Program-made: the position numbers and the translations under genes
DNA from: a virus
Lineage: Duplodnaviria; Heunggongvirae; Uroviricota; Caudoviricetes
IMG/VR virus record: IMGVR_UViG_3300008110_000029
Length of the DNA stretch: 64,000 nucleotides
Reading direction: 5' to 3' (one strand)
Notes under the pieces: generated by a model
Database searches by the model: none
What the model was told of the DNA's origin: nothing
What the model saw: only the letters and a program-made list of their open reading frames with translations
Shown: positions 35,590-45,510 of the stretch, piece by piece
Numbering within the stretch: position 1 is the stretch's first letter
Layout: every line of letters starts with the position of its first letter

Positions 35590-35811
35590 ATGTTAGTAGT
35601 ATATCTCGATGATTCAAAAATAGTCTACGATAGATCCTTAGAATATTTTCAAACAGCGGCAGATTGGGCCAAAGCTCAATGTCAAAGTTTTGTTGACTAT
35701 CATGTTCAAGATGTTTCAGATGTATCAATGATGTTCGATCACGTGGCAGAATATCGATTTAAAGATTCTAAAGATGTTTTAATGTTTCAATTAAAATGGA
35801 AAACCAATTGA
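35590..35811 (+). CDS. 'LKW'-family small protein, array member 8
   Basis: '...WAKAQCQSFVDYHVQDVSDVSMMFDHVAEYRFKDSKDVLMFQLKWKTN'. Start immediately after the upstream stop (AAATGGTCTTAAATG). Confidence 0.45.
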   Translation: MLVVYLDDSKIVYDRSLEYFQTAADWAKAQCQSFVDYHVQDVSDVSMMFDHVAEYRFKDSKDVLMFQLKWKTN

Positions 35812-35867
35812 CTTTTGAAGTTAATGAGTATATAATTAACTTGTTTAATAATATATAGGTAACTTAA

Positions 35868-36278
35868 ATGAAAATTGGTTTTAGTTTTGGACGCTGTATT
35901 CGTGACATCGTTAACGGTGATGTTGAACTCGAAGATGTTGCATTTATTATTGCAGCAACTTGTATGCATGACGAGAAGCATGTACGTAATGTTATTCTTA
36001 ACTATCTAACAGAACCTAGTTATCTCCTTGGCTACAATGAAAAAGATTGCATGGAAGTAGGTCTTGCACTTTGGAATCAAAACAAAGTTCTACAACCTCG
36101 CAAACAGGGAATACCAAGACATGCCCAACCAGAAAATGCAGTTTGGGTTGATATCTTTCCTACATCTCATTCCGACAGCGAAGCAGTAAAAACTGCTTGG
36201 GATCAATATCGCTTTATGTTACATATGGTTGAAAATGTAGACACTGAAGCTATCGATGTTTTTAAAGAACCTTATTAA
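35868..36278 (+). CDS. Hypothetical protein (136 aa)
   Basis: ORF preceded by an A/T-rich region. Confidence 0.4.
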   Translation: MKIGFSFGRCIRDIVNGDVELEDVAFIIAATCMHDEKHVRNVILNYLTEPSYLLGYNEKDCMEVGLALWNQNKVLQPRKQGIPRHAQPENAVWVDIFPTSHSDSEAVKTAWDQYRFMLHMVENVDTEAIDVFKEPY

Positions 36279-36280
36279 CA

Positions 36281-36553
36281 ATGTTTAGATTATTTTTTAA
36301 TATCAGCAATCCCTGGAGCGATCGTTGGGAGAACATCAAACAGTGGTCTGGAACTACTCCTTTTAAACACAAGTTTTGGGAAGCGCAGATTGATAAAACT
36401 CATGATGTTATAGGTGTTGATATACAATACAGTGTTCGACAAGATCATGCAGGAATATTCCTGTGCCTGGCATTTTTGGGCTATGAAGTAATTTTTAATT
36501 TTTACGATAGCAGGCACTGGGATCATGAAACCAATAATTGGGCAAAAGATTAA
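36281..36553 (+). CDS. Hypothetical protein (90 aa)
   Basis: ORF only. Confidence 0.35.
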   Translation: MFRLFFNISNPWSDRWENIKQWSGTTPFKHKFWEAQIDKTHDVIGVDIQYSVRQDHAGIFLCLAFLGYEVIFNFYDSRHWDHETNNWAKD

Positions 36554-36624
36554 GTGCGCAGTTAATTAAATATGTATGAAATCTAAACTCTAGATAAGTA
36601 CATAGTTAATCAAATGGAGCATTT

Positions 36625-37182
36625 GTGAAAAAAATCGAGGACTTCAATGCCGAAGATCGTATTGATATCGAACTACTCGGAAACAGTATACATTTCTTAG
36701 TGGGAGAAATAAATGAGGACACGATCAAAAGTGCTATAAAATGGATTGTTTACGAAAACCTAGAGTCAAAGGAAAAAACATTAACTTTATACGTTAATTC
36801 AACAGGCGGTGATCTTTATCAAGCATTTGCCTTAATTGATGTAATGCGTAGCAGTAATCACACAATTAGAACTGTTGGTATCGGTGCTGTAATGAGTGCA
36901 GCATTTTTAATTTTTGCCAGCGGTGATCAAGGTGAAAGATACGCAGCTCGTAATACTAGTTTTATGTGTCATCAGTTTTCAGAAAGTATGGATAACAAAT
37001 ATCATGACCTTAAAGCTACTATGCGAGAAAATGATTTATGTAATGAAAAAATGGTACAAATATTAAAAGACGCTACAGGACTTGCTCCTAGCGTAGTCAA
37101 AAAGAAATTACTGCCCGCCAGTGATGTTTATCTATCATCCCAGGAAGTCATAGATCTCAACGTTGCAGATCATCTGTTATAA
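36625..37182 (+). CDS. ClpP-family serine protease (S14)
   Basis: '[21 protein letters not shown]...[18 protein letters not shown]...FMCHQFS' parallels ClpP 'IYINSPGG...TICMGQAASMGAFLL...IHQPLGG' (Ser and His positions conserved). GTG start. Confidence 0.6.
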   Translation: MKKIEDFNAEDRIDIELLGNSIHFLVGEINEDTIKSAIKWIVYENLESKEKTLTLYVNSTGGDLYQAFALIDVMRSSNHTIRTVGIGAVMSAAFLIFASGDQGERYAARNTSFMCHQFSESMDNKYHDLKATMRENDLCNEKMVQILKDATGLAPSVVKKKLLPASDVYLSSQEVIDLNVADHLL

Positions 37183-37184
37183 AT

Positions 37185-37403
37185 ATGTCTAAAGAAGATA
37201 TTATTAAGTTCGACGGAACTATTGTAGAAGTTCTGCCCAACACAACTTATCGTGTAAAATTAGCAGATACCCAAACAGTAGTATATGCTTATTCTAGCGG
37301 TAAAATTAGGAAGAACAACATTAAAATTCTGTTAGGTGATACAGTAACTTTGGAGTTTAGCCCCTATGACCTTTCCAAAGGAAGGATTGTTTACCGAAAA
37401 TAA
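37185..37403 (+). CDS. infA: Translation initiation factor IF-1
   Basis: 72 aa. '[63 protein letters not shown]' is near-colinear with E. coli IF-1 ('[62 protein letters not shown]'). Confidence 0.88.
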   Translation: MSKEDIIKFDGTIVEVLPNTTYRVKLADTQTVVYAYSSGKIRKNNIKILLGDTVTLEFSPYDLSKGRIVYRK

Positions 37404-38034
37404 AATAATTGATCCGAATAGGGTAATAGTATATCTCACGGATAGACTGTTAACTACTGAAAAAATAAGTTCTGAGGAACTGATCAAAATCCTCAAAAAA
37501 ATGTTACCTTCTAAAACTAAAATTAAGGTAACTTATCAAAGATCAAAAATTACCAAAGACTGTTTTGGAATAAATGGTTTTTTTGATTCTGATTATGTTA
37601 GAGATATAGAGTTACAGATCTGCTGCTCTAGCTTTAAAAAGAAATTCCCCATTACAGAAGATCTAAAGCAACAGTTAATTTACGATGTTGCTGATACGCT
37701 CTGTCACGAAACTATACACAGACGTCAATTTTATCTTCGAGGAGATTGTGCAAGCATTGACGAAACTGGGGATCGTCAAAGAGATTATTATCTAGATCCA
37801 GATGAAATGTTTGCTTATTCAGTAAACATAGCACATAATCTTCACCGTAAATATGGAGTTGATGCACTAAAACATCTTTGCGATATAAACAGCGCAGTTA
37901 AAGATGACTGTTATCTAGCGGATTATTATTACTGGTTTTATAACGATTATCCGTTTAAACGCTTATTAAAAATGATAGCACAAAATTTAGAAGCTATAAA
38001 TCAGGGTGAAGTTTGCCATCGCTCTTTAATTTGA
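37366..38034 (+). CDS. Hypothetical protein with HExxH zinc-metallopeptidase-like motif
   Basis: '[13 protein letters not shown]' contains H-E-x-x-H. The start is uncertain (the track start overlaps infA). Confidence 0.35.
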   Translation: MTFPKEGLFTENKIIDPNRVIVYLTDRLLTTEKISSEELIKILKKMLPSKTKIKVTYQRSKITKDCFGINGFFDSDYVRDIELQICCSSFKKKFPITEDLKQQLIYDVADTLCHETIHRRQFYLRGDCASIDETGDRQRDYYLDPDEMFAYSVNIAHNLHRKYGVDALKHLCDINSAVKDDCYLADYYYWFYNDYPFKRLLKMIAQNLEAINQGEVCHRSLI

Positions 38035-38071
38035 ATTGCGATAAATATTACATCAAAACGGATTTTTAAAT

Positions 38072-39001
38072 ATGCAACCAGTACAAATAGCTATGTCGGG
38101 AGTTACTCCCGGAACTTATGGAAACAACACCCAGATTCCTTCTTTCACAGTTGATGCTAGAGGTAGACTAGTATGGGCTGCAAATGTTGATATTCAATCA
38201 ACATTTAAATTTAAGGTTAATGATGACGATAGAATTGAAACCGTTAATTTAAGTAATGATTCATTCAATTTTAGAAGTGGACATGGAATCAATATAACAC
38301 CGGCACCAGACGGAATTAATATTGATTTTGATAGATCAATAATTCCCGATACTAGTGACTTTGTTAGAAAATCAGAAACATCTCATCAATTTTTAGGATC
38401 TATAAGATCTCCGTTAATTTATTCTCAAGAAGGAATATTTGATTCAGTTACTACAAAAGAAATATTAATAGATGGTGTATATACTAGATTTCAAACAAAA
38501 GGGTTCCATGTAGATTTTACAGACTTTGATGTTCTTGATTCTAAAGTTTTTCAAATCGATGGAATTTCAAAAAATACTAATACTGAAACAGCAAATTTTA
38601 ATGTTGATATTACATCTTCTTGGTTAAAATTCACCAGTCAAATTGAACTTCCTAATTCTGCTTTAAGTTTTCCAGATGGCCATGCTTTGGGAATTATTTC
38701 TTTTCAAGATGGCGGAATTGAAATGGGATATGGTGCAGGATTAATTGCTATCAAAAATTTTAATAATGATGGATCTTCACCGACAGGAATTTGCGTTATT
38801 ACTTCAAATGGGAAAGATGATATTTTTGAAAATCCAACAAAGTTTAACTTTGGTGGCGACGGAGTATTTGAAGCACCAATTTTAAAAACAAAAAGCTATA
38901 CAAGTTTGCCAGATAATCCCAAAGAAGGTTGGATAGTATTTGATGGCAACAACAAACAATTTAAAGGGTGGAACGGAACTAGTTGGATAACTTTAGGATA
39001 A
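38072..39001 (+). CDS. Tail-fibre-like structural protein
   Basis: The N-terminal 'MQPVQIAMSGVTPGTYGNNTQIPSFTVDARGRLVWAANV' resembles the phage tail-fibre 'G-x-Y-x-x-V-T-V-D-x-x-G-R-V' repeat. The rest is Gly/Asn/Asp-rich beta-type sequence. Confidence 0.45.
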   Translation: MQPVQIAMSGVTPGTYGNNTQIPSFTVDARGRLVWAANVDIQSTFKFKVNDDDRIETVNLSNDSFNFRSGHGINITPAPDGINIDFDRSIIPDTSDFVRKSETSHQFLGSIRSPLIYSQEGIFDSVTTKEILIDGVYTRFQTKGFHVDFTDFDVLDSKVFQIDGISKNTNTETANFNVDITSSWLKFTSQIELPNSALSFPDGHALGIISFQDGGIEMGYGAGLIAIKNFNNDGSSPTGICVITSNGKDDIFENPTKFNFGGDGVFEAPILKTKSYTSLPDNPKEGWIVFDGNNKQFKGWNGTSWITLG

Positions 39002-40535
39002 GAGGTTTAAAATAATCTCTTATTATTGTTTCTTTAAACATTTCTGTAAAATTAATAGACTTAATTAAATTTTGATATTCTTTATCTGTTAAATCTAAAT
39101 TTTTTTCTCTATTGCTTAGTCTACTATCATTAAAACTACTAATATAAAAATCTCCTCGATACGGCTTATTCTTCAATGTAGAATTTAATTCTTGCGAAAG
39201 TAATTCGGCCTGTTCGTAGCTGTTTATATCAGTATCATCATCTTTTCTCCAACTAAAGAAATTTATATCGGGATTAGGAAAATAATAACCATACTTTGAA
39301 TAATTGCGATCAATTTCACTCATATACATGTATTTCATAATATTGTGATTACCAATAATACTTAAAGGAAATGTGTTAGCTAAATCTATTGGGCAATCTT
39401 TTCTTTTAAAAAATTCAACAGCCTTATAAATTGTATCTGTACTTTCGTAAGGTAAACCTATAATAATCCCCGAAGCAATGTAACTTCGATCTCCCCAAAT
39501 TTCTTTACACTGATAGATAGTATCTATTAATCTTTCACTAGCCATCCCCTTACCAATAAACTTTGCAGTTTTTGGATTAAATGTTTCTAGACCAAAGTAA
39601 GTTTCTGCTATACCGGCATCTTTTAGTAATTGTATTTGCTCTGGGTGTGCCGCTAATAAATCTGCTCTTAGATAACACCAAAATTTTAATTCAAAAGGCA
39701 AACTCTGACTAACATCTGCAAACATCTGCATCTTTTCTGTACTATCATTAAACGTATCATCAACAATAAAATATTTTGTTGTTCCCCATTGTTCATAATT
39801 TTCTAAGAGTTCTCTACGTATAACATCAGCTTGTTTAAGATAGTTGACTGTTTTCTGTCCTATCAAAGGATACGAGCAATAGGCACATTTAAATTTACAA
39901 CCTCTGCTGACTTCTAAATTTAAAGTTTCTTGAGGTTGTATTAAATCCCAGGACGTATATGAAGTAGTACTTAATTTAAAATCCCATGTTGGATTGTGCG
40001 CCTTACGATCATGATCTATAATTCTATTAAATATCCTTTTTGTTTTTCCCGACAGAGAATCTAACAAATCAATAGTTTCAGTTTCTCCTAATCCGACTAT
40101 AACATAATCTGTAGGAGCATTAAGATAAAAATCAATCCTTGCACCACCCAACATTGTTTTTGTTTTTAAATTACATTGTTTGACATAATCGATCCAGGGT
40201 TTATAATTATCTCGAGCAAACTCAGTAACTAAACTTGGAATCTCAAATCGTTCTTTATCTGTTCCTGTTCCTTCTCCCGGATTACTGGTTCTAACACCAA
40301 TATCAGGAAACTTAAAAGGCATCCATGTTGTACTATAGCCAACTAGTAATGTGTTTGGTCCAATTGCTTTATCTAATATTTCAGTGTATATTTCCCAAGT
40401 AACAAGAGAGCTAAAATTAATTACTAAACAGCTATAACCATAATTGCGTATATGACTGGCTAATCTGTGTACACCATAACCTCTAGATTTAATATTAAAT
40501 TCTACAGTGTCAGTAAAAAGAATAACATCAAACAT
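38979..40535 (-). CDS. B12-binding radical-SAM enzyme (class B radical-SAM methyltransferase-like), copy 1
   Basis: 518 aa. N-terminal Rossmann-like B12-binding region. 'NLEVSRGCKFKCAYCSYP' is a Cys-x3-Cys-x2-Cys radical-SAM cluster motif. Confidence 0.75.
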   Translation of the reverse strand: MFDVILFTDTVEFNIKSRGYGVHRLASHIRNYGYSCLVINFSSLVTWEIYTEILDKAIGPNTLLVGYSTTWMPFKFPDIGVRTSNPGEGTGTDKERFEIPSLVTEFARDNYKPWIDYVKQCNLKTKTMLGGARIDFYLNAPTDYVIVGLGETETIDLLDSLSGKTKRIFNRIIDHDRKAHNPTWDFKLSTTSYTSWDLIQPQETLNLEVSRGCKFKCAYCSYPLIGQKTVNYLKQADVIRRELLENYEQWGTTKYFIVDDTFNDSTEKMQMFADVSQSLPFELKFWCYLRADLLAAHPEQIQLLKDAGIAETYFGLETFNPKTAKFIGKGMASERLIDTIYQCKEIWGDRSYIASGIIIGLPYESTDTIYKAVEFFKRKDCPIDLANTFPLSIIGNHNIMKYMYMSEIDRNYSKYGYYFPNPDINFFSWRKDDDTDINSYEQAELLSQELNSTLKNKPYRGDFYISSFNDSRLSNREKNLDLTDKEYQNLIKSINFTEMFKETIIRDYFKPLILKLSN

Positions 40536-42138
40536 TTTTATTTTTAAGATAGTTTAACAACGGTTGAAAATATTCTTTATTGGTATGATCATAAAACAGT
40601 TGATTAAAGTCTATAGAATTTATTAAATTATTATATTCTATCTTTGGCATATCGATAGTAAACTCTCTATTTCCAAGTATTGGATGATTGAAAGAACTAA
40701 CATAAAAATCTCCCTGACGTATTCTTTGATATGATGCTAATTCTTTAGTGGTAATGTCGGCTATTTCTTGTGCTTGATAAAAATTTTTAATATCGGTATC
40801 ATCTTTCTCCCAATATAACATTCCGTCTACTCCGTCCTTAGGAAATTGATATCCAAACTTTTCGTAGTTTTCGTCAAACCAACTAGTAGGGAACCATTTA
40901 TTTCTATCGGTTTTTTTAATTATATTGAGAGGATATACTGTCGAAATATCTAGCGGACAATCTCTACGCTTTAACCAATCAACGGTTTCTCTCCAACTAG
41001 CCTGGGTTTCGTGAGGAAGGCCAATCATAAAACCCCCTTCTAACCATACTCGATCACCCCACACTTCTTTTGCTCTATATAAAGTATCCTTACGGCGACT
41101 TGATGGCATTCCCTTACCAATAGTTTTTGAGCTCTTGTCATTAAAAGTTTCAAGACCAAAAAATGTTTCTGCTATGCCTATTTCTTTTAACAGTTCCATC
41201 TGTTCGGGATGTGCGGCTAATAGATCAACTCGGGTATAACACCAAAATTTAATTTTAAAAGGCAAGTCGCTCATTACCTTGGCCAACATTTCTAATTTTT
41301 CAGTGCTGTCATTAAATGTATCATCCACAATAAAATACTTAGTAGTACCCCAAAGTTCGTAATTTTTTAACAACTCGTCACGAATAATAGTTGGATATTT
41401 TAAATAATCATTGACATTTTTTTGACCAATAAGAGGAAAGTTGCAGAACGAACATTTAAATCTACATCCGCGACCTACTTCTAAGTTAAGAGTTTCTTGA
41501 GGTTGTATAAAATCATATTCTGTGTATTGTGTGCTACTTTCTCTAAAATCCCATGTAGGAGCATGAGCTTTTCTATCGTGATCGATATATTTTCCAAATA
41601 TGCGTTTTGTTTTTCCCGATAGTCGATCTAATAAATCAATAGTTTCAGTTTCGGCAATTCCAAAAATAACATGATCTATATTTTTTAGATCCATATAAAA
41701 ATCTGCTTTTGCACCACCTAATACAATTTTTAATTTTGAATTAATTGTTTTAGGATATAACAACCATTCTTCAACTTCATTCTTTCCAAATTTAACCACT
41801 AAATTATCTTTTCTCCAATCGTGCATCTCTGACTTTAAATGACTTAATTCATGTTGTTCCCCAATATGGTGTCCGGGAATCTGATTGGTAAATTCTCCTG
41901 GTTTTTCCGGCCATCTATAAGGTAACCAAGTTGTACTAAAACCAACCATAAGAGTTTCTGGTCCCACTGAATTATCAATAATTTCTTTATATCTATCAAA
42001 TGTTAGTGCCGAACTAAAATCAATGACAAGACAAGAGTAACCATTTGTTCTAATTTGACTAGCAATTCTATGCACACCATAACCTCTAATTTTATGATGA
42101 GGATAGGGAGCATCGGTAAATAGTATGACATTAAACAT
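40528..42138 (-). CDS. B12-binding radical-SAM enzyme, copy 2 (tandem paralog of 38979..40535)
   Basis: 536 aa. 'NLEVGRGCRFKCSFCNFP'. Long stretches are near-identical to copy 1 ('ETETIDLLD.LSGKTKRIF...IDHDRKAHAPTWDF', 'WGTTKYFIVDDTFNDSTEK'). Confidence 0.75.
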   Translation of the reverse strand: MFNVILFTDAPYPHHKIRGYGVHRIASQIRTNGYSCLVIDFSSALTFDRYKEIIDNSVGPETLMVGFSTTWLPYRWPEKPGEFTNQIPGHHIGEQHELSHLKSEMHDWRKDNLVVKFGKNEVEEWLLYPKTINSKLKIVLGGAKADFYMDLKNIDHVIFGIAETETIDLLDRLSGKTKRIFGKYIDHDRKAHAPTWDFRESSTQYTEYDFIQPQETLNLEVGRGCRFKCSFCNFPLIGQKNVNDYLKYPTIIRDELLKNYELWGTTKYFIVDDTFNDSTEKLEMLAKVMSDLPFKIKFWCYTRVDLLAAHPEQMELLKEIGIAETFFGLETFNDKSSKTIGKGMPSSRRKDTLYRAKEVWGDRVWLEGGFMIGLPHETQASWRETVDWLKRRDCPLDISTVYPLNIIKKTDRNKWFPTSWFDENYEKFGYQFPKDGVDGMLYWEKDDTDIKNFYQAQEIADITTKELASYQRIRQGDFYVSSFNHPILGNREFTIDMPKIEYNNLINSIDFNQLFYDHTNKEYFQPLLNYLKNKNV

Positions 42139-42161
42139 CTAGTTATTTAAGTGAGATATCT

Positions 42162-42848
42162 ATGGTAAAAAAATTTAATTCAGTTCTAGCATTTGGAGAT
42201 AGTCATGTTGCTGGATGTGAATTATCAAATCAATATACTTTTGAAGATTATACCAGAGGTAAAATAACAATAGAACAAGCAGATGATTCTGGAAAAAAAT
42301 TAGCCTTTCCTCAAGTGGTTGCTGATAAATTAAATATTCCTTGTTATAATTATGCAATGACTGGCGGAAGTAATGCTCGTAGTCTAAGATTATTAGTCAA
42401 CGCATTACAAGAACATCCAAATAGTTTAGTATTGTTTGGGTATACATGTACAGATAGAACAGAATTTTACTATCCAGACGTTGGCAATTTCTTAGGTAGA
42501 GATAAAGATAAATTCATACAAGTTGGTATGCAATGGAAAGGTAAGGTTGATGGAACCATGATTCATCCAATTAACGATCTGTTTGTTAATGAAATGCTTC
42601 GTCCTTATAATAATTTAAATGAATTAATGTTTATAGTAGATAATTTATGTACAGGATGGGCTACTGATTTTTTACATTTACCGTTGTTTCCAGAAATTAT
42701 ACCAAAGGTAGATAATGTTTTTAATTTTGAAAGTTGTGAGAATTATGTAAATTGGTGTGAATTCAAAATGTATAAAAAATTACCATTTTATCATTACGAT
42801 CAAGAAGCACATAATAATTTGGCTAGATTAATTCTTGAGGAGTTATAA
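42162..42848 (+). CDS. SGNH/GDSL-family hydrolase
   Basis: 'VLAFGDSHVAGCE' is the block-I GDS(H) motif. Confidence 0.5.
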   Translation: MVKKFNSVLAFGDSHVAGCELSNQYTFEDYTRGKITIEQADDSGKKLAFPQVVADKLNIPCYNYAMTGGSNARSLRLLVNALQEHPNSLVLFGYTCTDRTEFYYPDVGNFLGRDKDKFIQVGMQWKGKVDGTMIHPINDLFVNEMLRPYNNLNELMFIVDNLCTGWATDFLHLPLFPEIIPKVDNVFNFESCENYVNWCEFKMYKKLPFYHYDQEAHNNLARLILEEL

Positions 42849-43201
42849 TGTCTTGGGGTTATCATATTATGTTAGATTGTGCCGGTTGTGATTTAAAAAA
42901 AATTAAAGATAAAGATCACATATGGGCATTTGTATATACATTAATAAAACGTGTTGAAATGGAAGCGCACGGAAAAATGATCATTGAAAATTTATTACCA
43001 GGAACAGACAATGAAGGATATAGTGTATTACAAATGATTACTACAAGTAATATAAATTGTCATTTTGTAAACAAGACTGCTGATGCTTATATTGATTTGT
43101 TTAGCTGTAAAGAATTTAAAGCAGAAATAGTTATTGCTACTGTTAAAGAATTTTTTAATCCAACCAGCATCAAATTAAACTTTGTAGAAAGACAGGCTTA
43201 G
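42848..43201 (+). CDS. speD: S-adenosylmethionine decarboxylase-like protein (small pyruvoyl SpeD/SpeH class)
   Basis: 117 aa. 'GYHIMLDCAGCD' aligns with SpeH 'GRHLIAELYGCD'. 'GYSVLQMITTSNINCHF' aligns with '[20 protein letters not shown]'. 'AYIDLFSC' aligns with 'AAVDVFTCG'. Confidence 0.6.
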   Translation: MSWGYHIMLDCAGCDLKKIKDKDHIWAFVYTLIKRVEMEAHGKMIIENLLPGTDNEGYSVLQMITTSNINCHFVNKTADAYIDLFSCKEFKAEIVIATVKEFFNPTSIKLNFVERQA

Positions 43202-44277
43202 GGATCTATCCTCATATCCTCTCTGCTACGAAATCTATAACGTTCCGGAACGGTGTCATATAATATCATATTCTTGTTTACAGCCGCGTCACGTAGCATG
43301 ATTTGATGTAGAAAATTACTAATAGGTTTATTAGGTACAAAGTCACACCACGGACCACATCGTAGCTCTTCCATATCAATGGTTTTAGGATCGCTCCATT
43401 GTATTAATCTATGTGTGATACCGTTAATCTTAACCATATAATGATACAGATTATCATCTGCAGGTATCTTTTCCCATGTCCATCCTTTGCTGTCTACATA
43501 GTCCTTAATTGCTTTTACATGGTCACTAAGATAATAACGAGGTTCATCCGGGTTGCGACCAATGTCGCTGCCAGCACGTACACGATACTGTAAGGCATTA
43601 TTTCCTAGTTTTTGTATTTCTTCTAGTACTTCTGGAATGTGATTTAAGTTTTCTAATGTATAACCTACGTAGTAAACAACAATGCCAGCAGCCTTACAAT
43701 TCTCAATACCTTGTAACTGTTTTTGATGTACAGTATCACCTTGGTACGAATGATGGTTAAGTCCTACCATCACAGCACGACATCCAGCCTTGGCTATTTC
43801 TTCAGTCCACTGCTTATCAGCGAGCTTAACACCATTAGTTAAAATTGTAATATCCTGGTGTGTTCTGCCTAGGCGAGTTTGTACATGTCTGATGTTTCTA
43901 ATTAGTTCAGGTAAGTCTTTACGTAGTGTAGGTTCAGCACCTGCAAGGATAACGCTACCAGCATCTTCAGGCCAACTTTCAATTTGTTGAAGTATTAATC
44001 CTAAGGGTTTGTCTGTTGTTGCATTTTCTGGTTCATGATAACAGTGCGGGCATTTTAAATTACAGCGATCTGTAACTTCAATCATAATACCACTGGGCAC
44101 ATCGTATCCGTACGGATCAAATTCTAAACTCTTATAAAAGTCTGAATCGCGTTCTATCATATATTCACTATAACCGTGCTCCGGACACTCTTTACTCATC
44201 CACACGCTACCATCTCGTATAAACTTTTTAGCAGAAACGTGTCTATAACAATGTTCGCATAAACTTATTGTGTCCAT
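43198..44277 (-). CDS. Radical-SAM enzyme with C-terminal Cys-rich (SPASM/twitch-like) region
   Basis: 'EVTDRCNLKCPHCYHE' is a Cys-x3-Cys-x2-Cys motif. The N-terminal 'CEHC...C' and C-terminal 'RCGPWCDF' are extra Cys clusters. Confidence 0.7.
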   Translation of the reverse strand: MDTISLCEHCYRHVSAKKFIRDGSVWMSKECPEHGYSEYMIERDSDFYKSLEFDPYGYDVPSGIMIEVTDRCNLKCPHCYHEPENATTDKPLGLILQQIESWPEDAGSVILAGAEPTLRKDLPELIRNIRHVQTRLGRTHQDITILTNGVKLADKQWTEEIAKAGCRAVMVGLNHHSYQGDTVHQKQLQGIENCKAAGIVVYYVGYTLENLNHIPEVLEEIQKLGNNALQYRVRAGSDIGRNPDEPRYYLSDHVKAIKDYVDSKGWTWEKIPADDNLYHYMVKINGITHRLIQWSDPKTIDMEELRCGPWCDFVPNKPISNFLHQIMLRDAAVNKNMILYDTVPERYRFRSREDMRIDP

Positions 44278-44810
44278 CTATCTACCTTTGATAATTGATC
44301 TAAAAATATATTTTTATTAAGTTTCCAGAACGTTTGTTTATGACCTCTATAATTATGATCAAACGCTCTGGTCAGCACCCCTGTAGATTCTAATGTGGGC
44401 CCCCATATTGTATGAACTAATCTTTGTGTGCCAACTTCGCTTTCGTGACTAGTAATATACATATCATGATTGCCTACCCATTCAATACAAGTGGGCATAA
44501 AAAACTGTGCAGTAATATGTTGATGATTTTTAATTTGATTAATTGTTCTTAAAGTTATTTTAGGTAAGTGATTGGTTAATACACATGTTCTAGCACAAAT
44601 CCTATATCCAAGATCGTCTAAAGTATGTGCCGCCACAGATCCAACAGGGTGGTCATTATAATATAATATCCAGATGTTCCAACGTACTTCATTTTTAAAA
44701 CAATCGATCATTGCTGCTTGACTTGAGTTATTTACGAAACCTCTAGATTTTGCCTCGGCATAAAATTCAGTAAGATCTAAATCTTCCGACCATGGAACTA
44801 TTTTATACAT
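44265..44810 (-). CDS. Hypothetical protein (181 aa; possible acyltransferase fold)
   Basis: ORF, overlapping coupling. No firm motif. Confidence 0.3.
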   Translation of the reverse strand: MYKIVPWSEDLDLTEFYAEAKSRGFVNNSSQAAMIDCFKNEVRWNIWILYYNDHPVGSVAAHTLDDLGYRICARTCVLTNHLPKITLRTINQIKNHQHITAQFFMPTCIEWVGNHDMYITSHESEVGTQRLVHTIWGPTLESTGVLTRAFDHNYRGHKQTFWKLNKNIFLDQLSKVDRWTQ

Positions 44811-45502
44811 TCTTTTACACTTTCTATAAAATCTTGAGGATAGTTTGTTCTAAAACTCTCCCAACATAATTGGTCCATTATTTTCCAAGGTTGCGGTGTA
44901 TGCCATTCGATGTTCAGTGTTTTTAAATGCTTACGCATTTCTGCTTGTCTATTAGAGTGGATGTGACTTTCAACATCTTTAATGCTAATATTAGGTTCTT
45001 CTTCATGATATGTAAAAAAATAATTAATGCTTTTAAGCTGACCGTTAACAACAAAATAACTGCTGGGATGCATACTATATTTGTGTAATCCTAAACTTTT
45101 GTGGGCTGTGATAATTTTACACATCTGATCTTTCCAATCTGGTAATACTTTATCATAATTTTCAGTAACACATCCTGCACGATTCCAAAAGTCTAAACCA
45201 TCTATAGACAAATAAATTTTTTGTTCTTTATGATTTATTTCTAATATTTTTGGAACTTTATCTTCATACTTCCGGGCCATTTCTATAAGATATTTTACTT
45301 CACGATTCCACTTAGCATTCATCAGATTCGAATCAACAACTTCATTATTCCCTTTATGATATTCACTATCATTATGATACCATTGGACAAAAGTTTTTTT
45401 ATCACGACTGATCAAGCTGGTGTAAATAAGGTTGTTCCTTGTTAAACCAACTCCAGGAACATTGTTGTAATAATATTCATAATCCATACATTTAATTATC
45501 AA
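44798..45502 (-). CDS. Hypothetical protein (234 aa; possible small-molecule kinase-like fold)
   Basis: 'LGLHKYSMHPSSYFVVNGQLKSINYFFTY' is paralogous to 46301..46876 ('NGQLHAYAFYSSSDY'). Confidence 0.3.
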   Translation of the reverse strand: MIIKCMDYEYYYNNVPGVGLTRNNLIYTSLISRDKKTFVQWYHNDSEYHKGNNEVVDSNLMNAKWNREVKYLIEMARKYEDKVPKILEINHKEQKIYLSIDGLDFWNRAGCVTENYDKVLPDWKDQMCKIITAHKSLGLHKYSMHPSSYFVVNGQLKSINYFFTYHEEEPNISIKDVESHIHSNRQAEMRKHLKTLNIEWHTPQPWKIMDQLCWESFRTNYPQDFIESVKECIK

Positions 45503-45510
45503 GAAAAATA

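Noticed and set aside
36625-37182. ClpP-like protein considered as a capsid prohead protease.
   Set aside because: It is not adjacent to portal or capsid genes in this window, and ClpS is encoded nearby. Kept as a generic ClpP-family protease. Either role remains possible.
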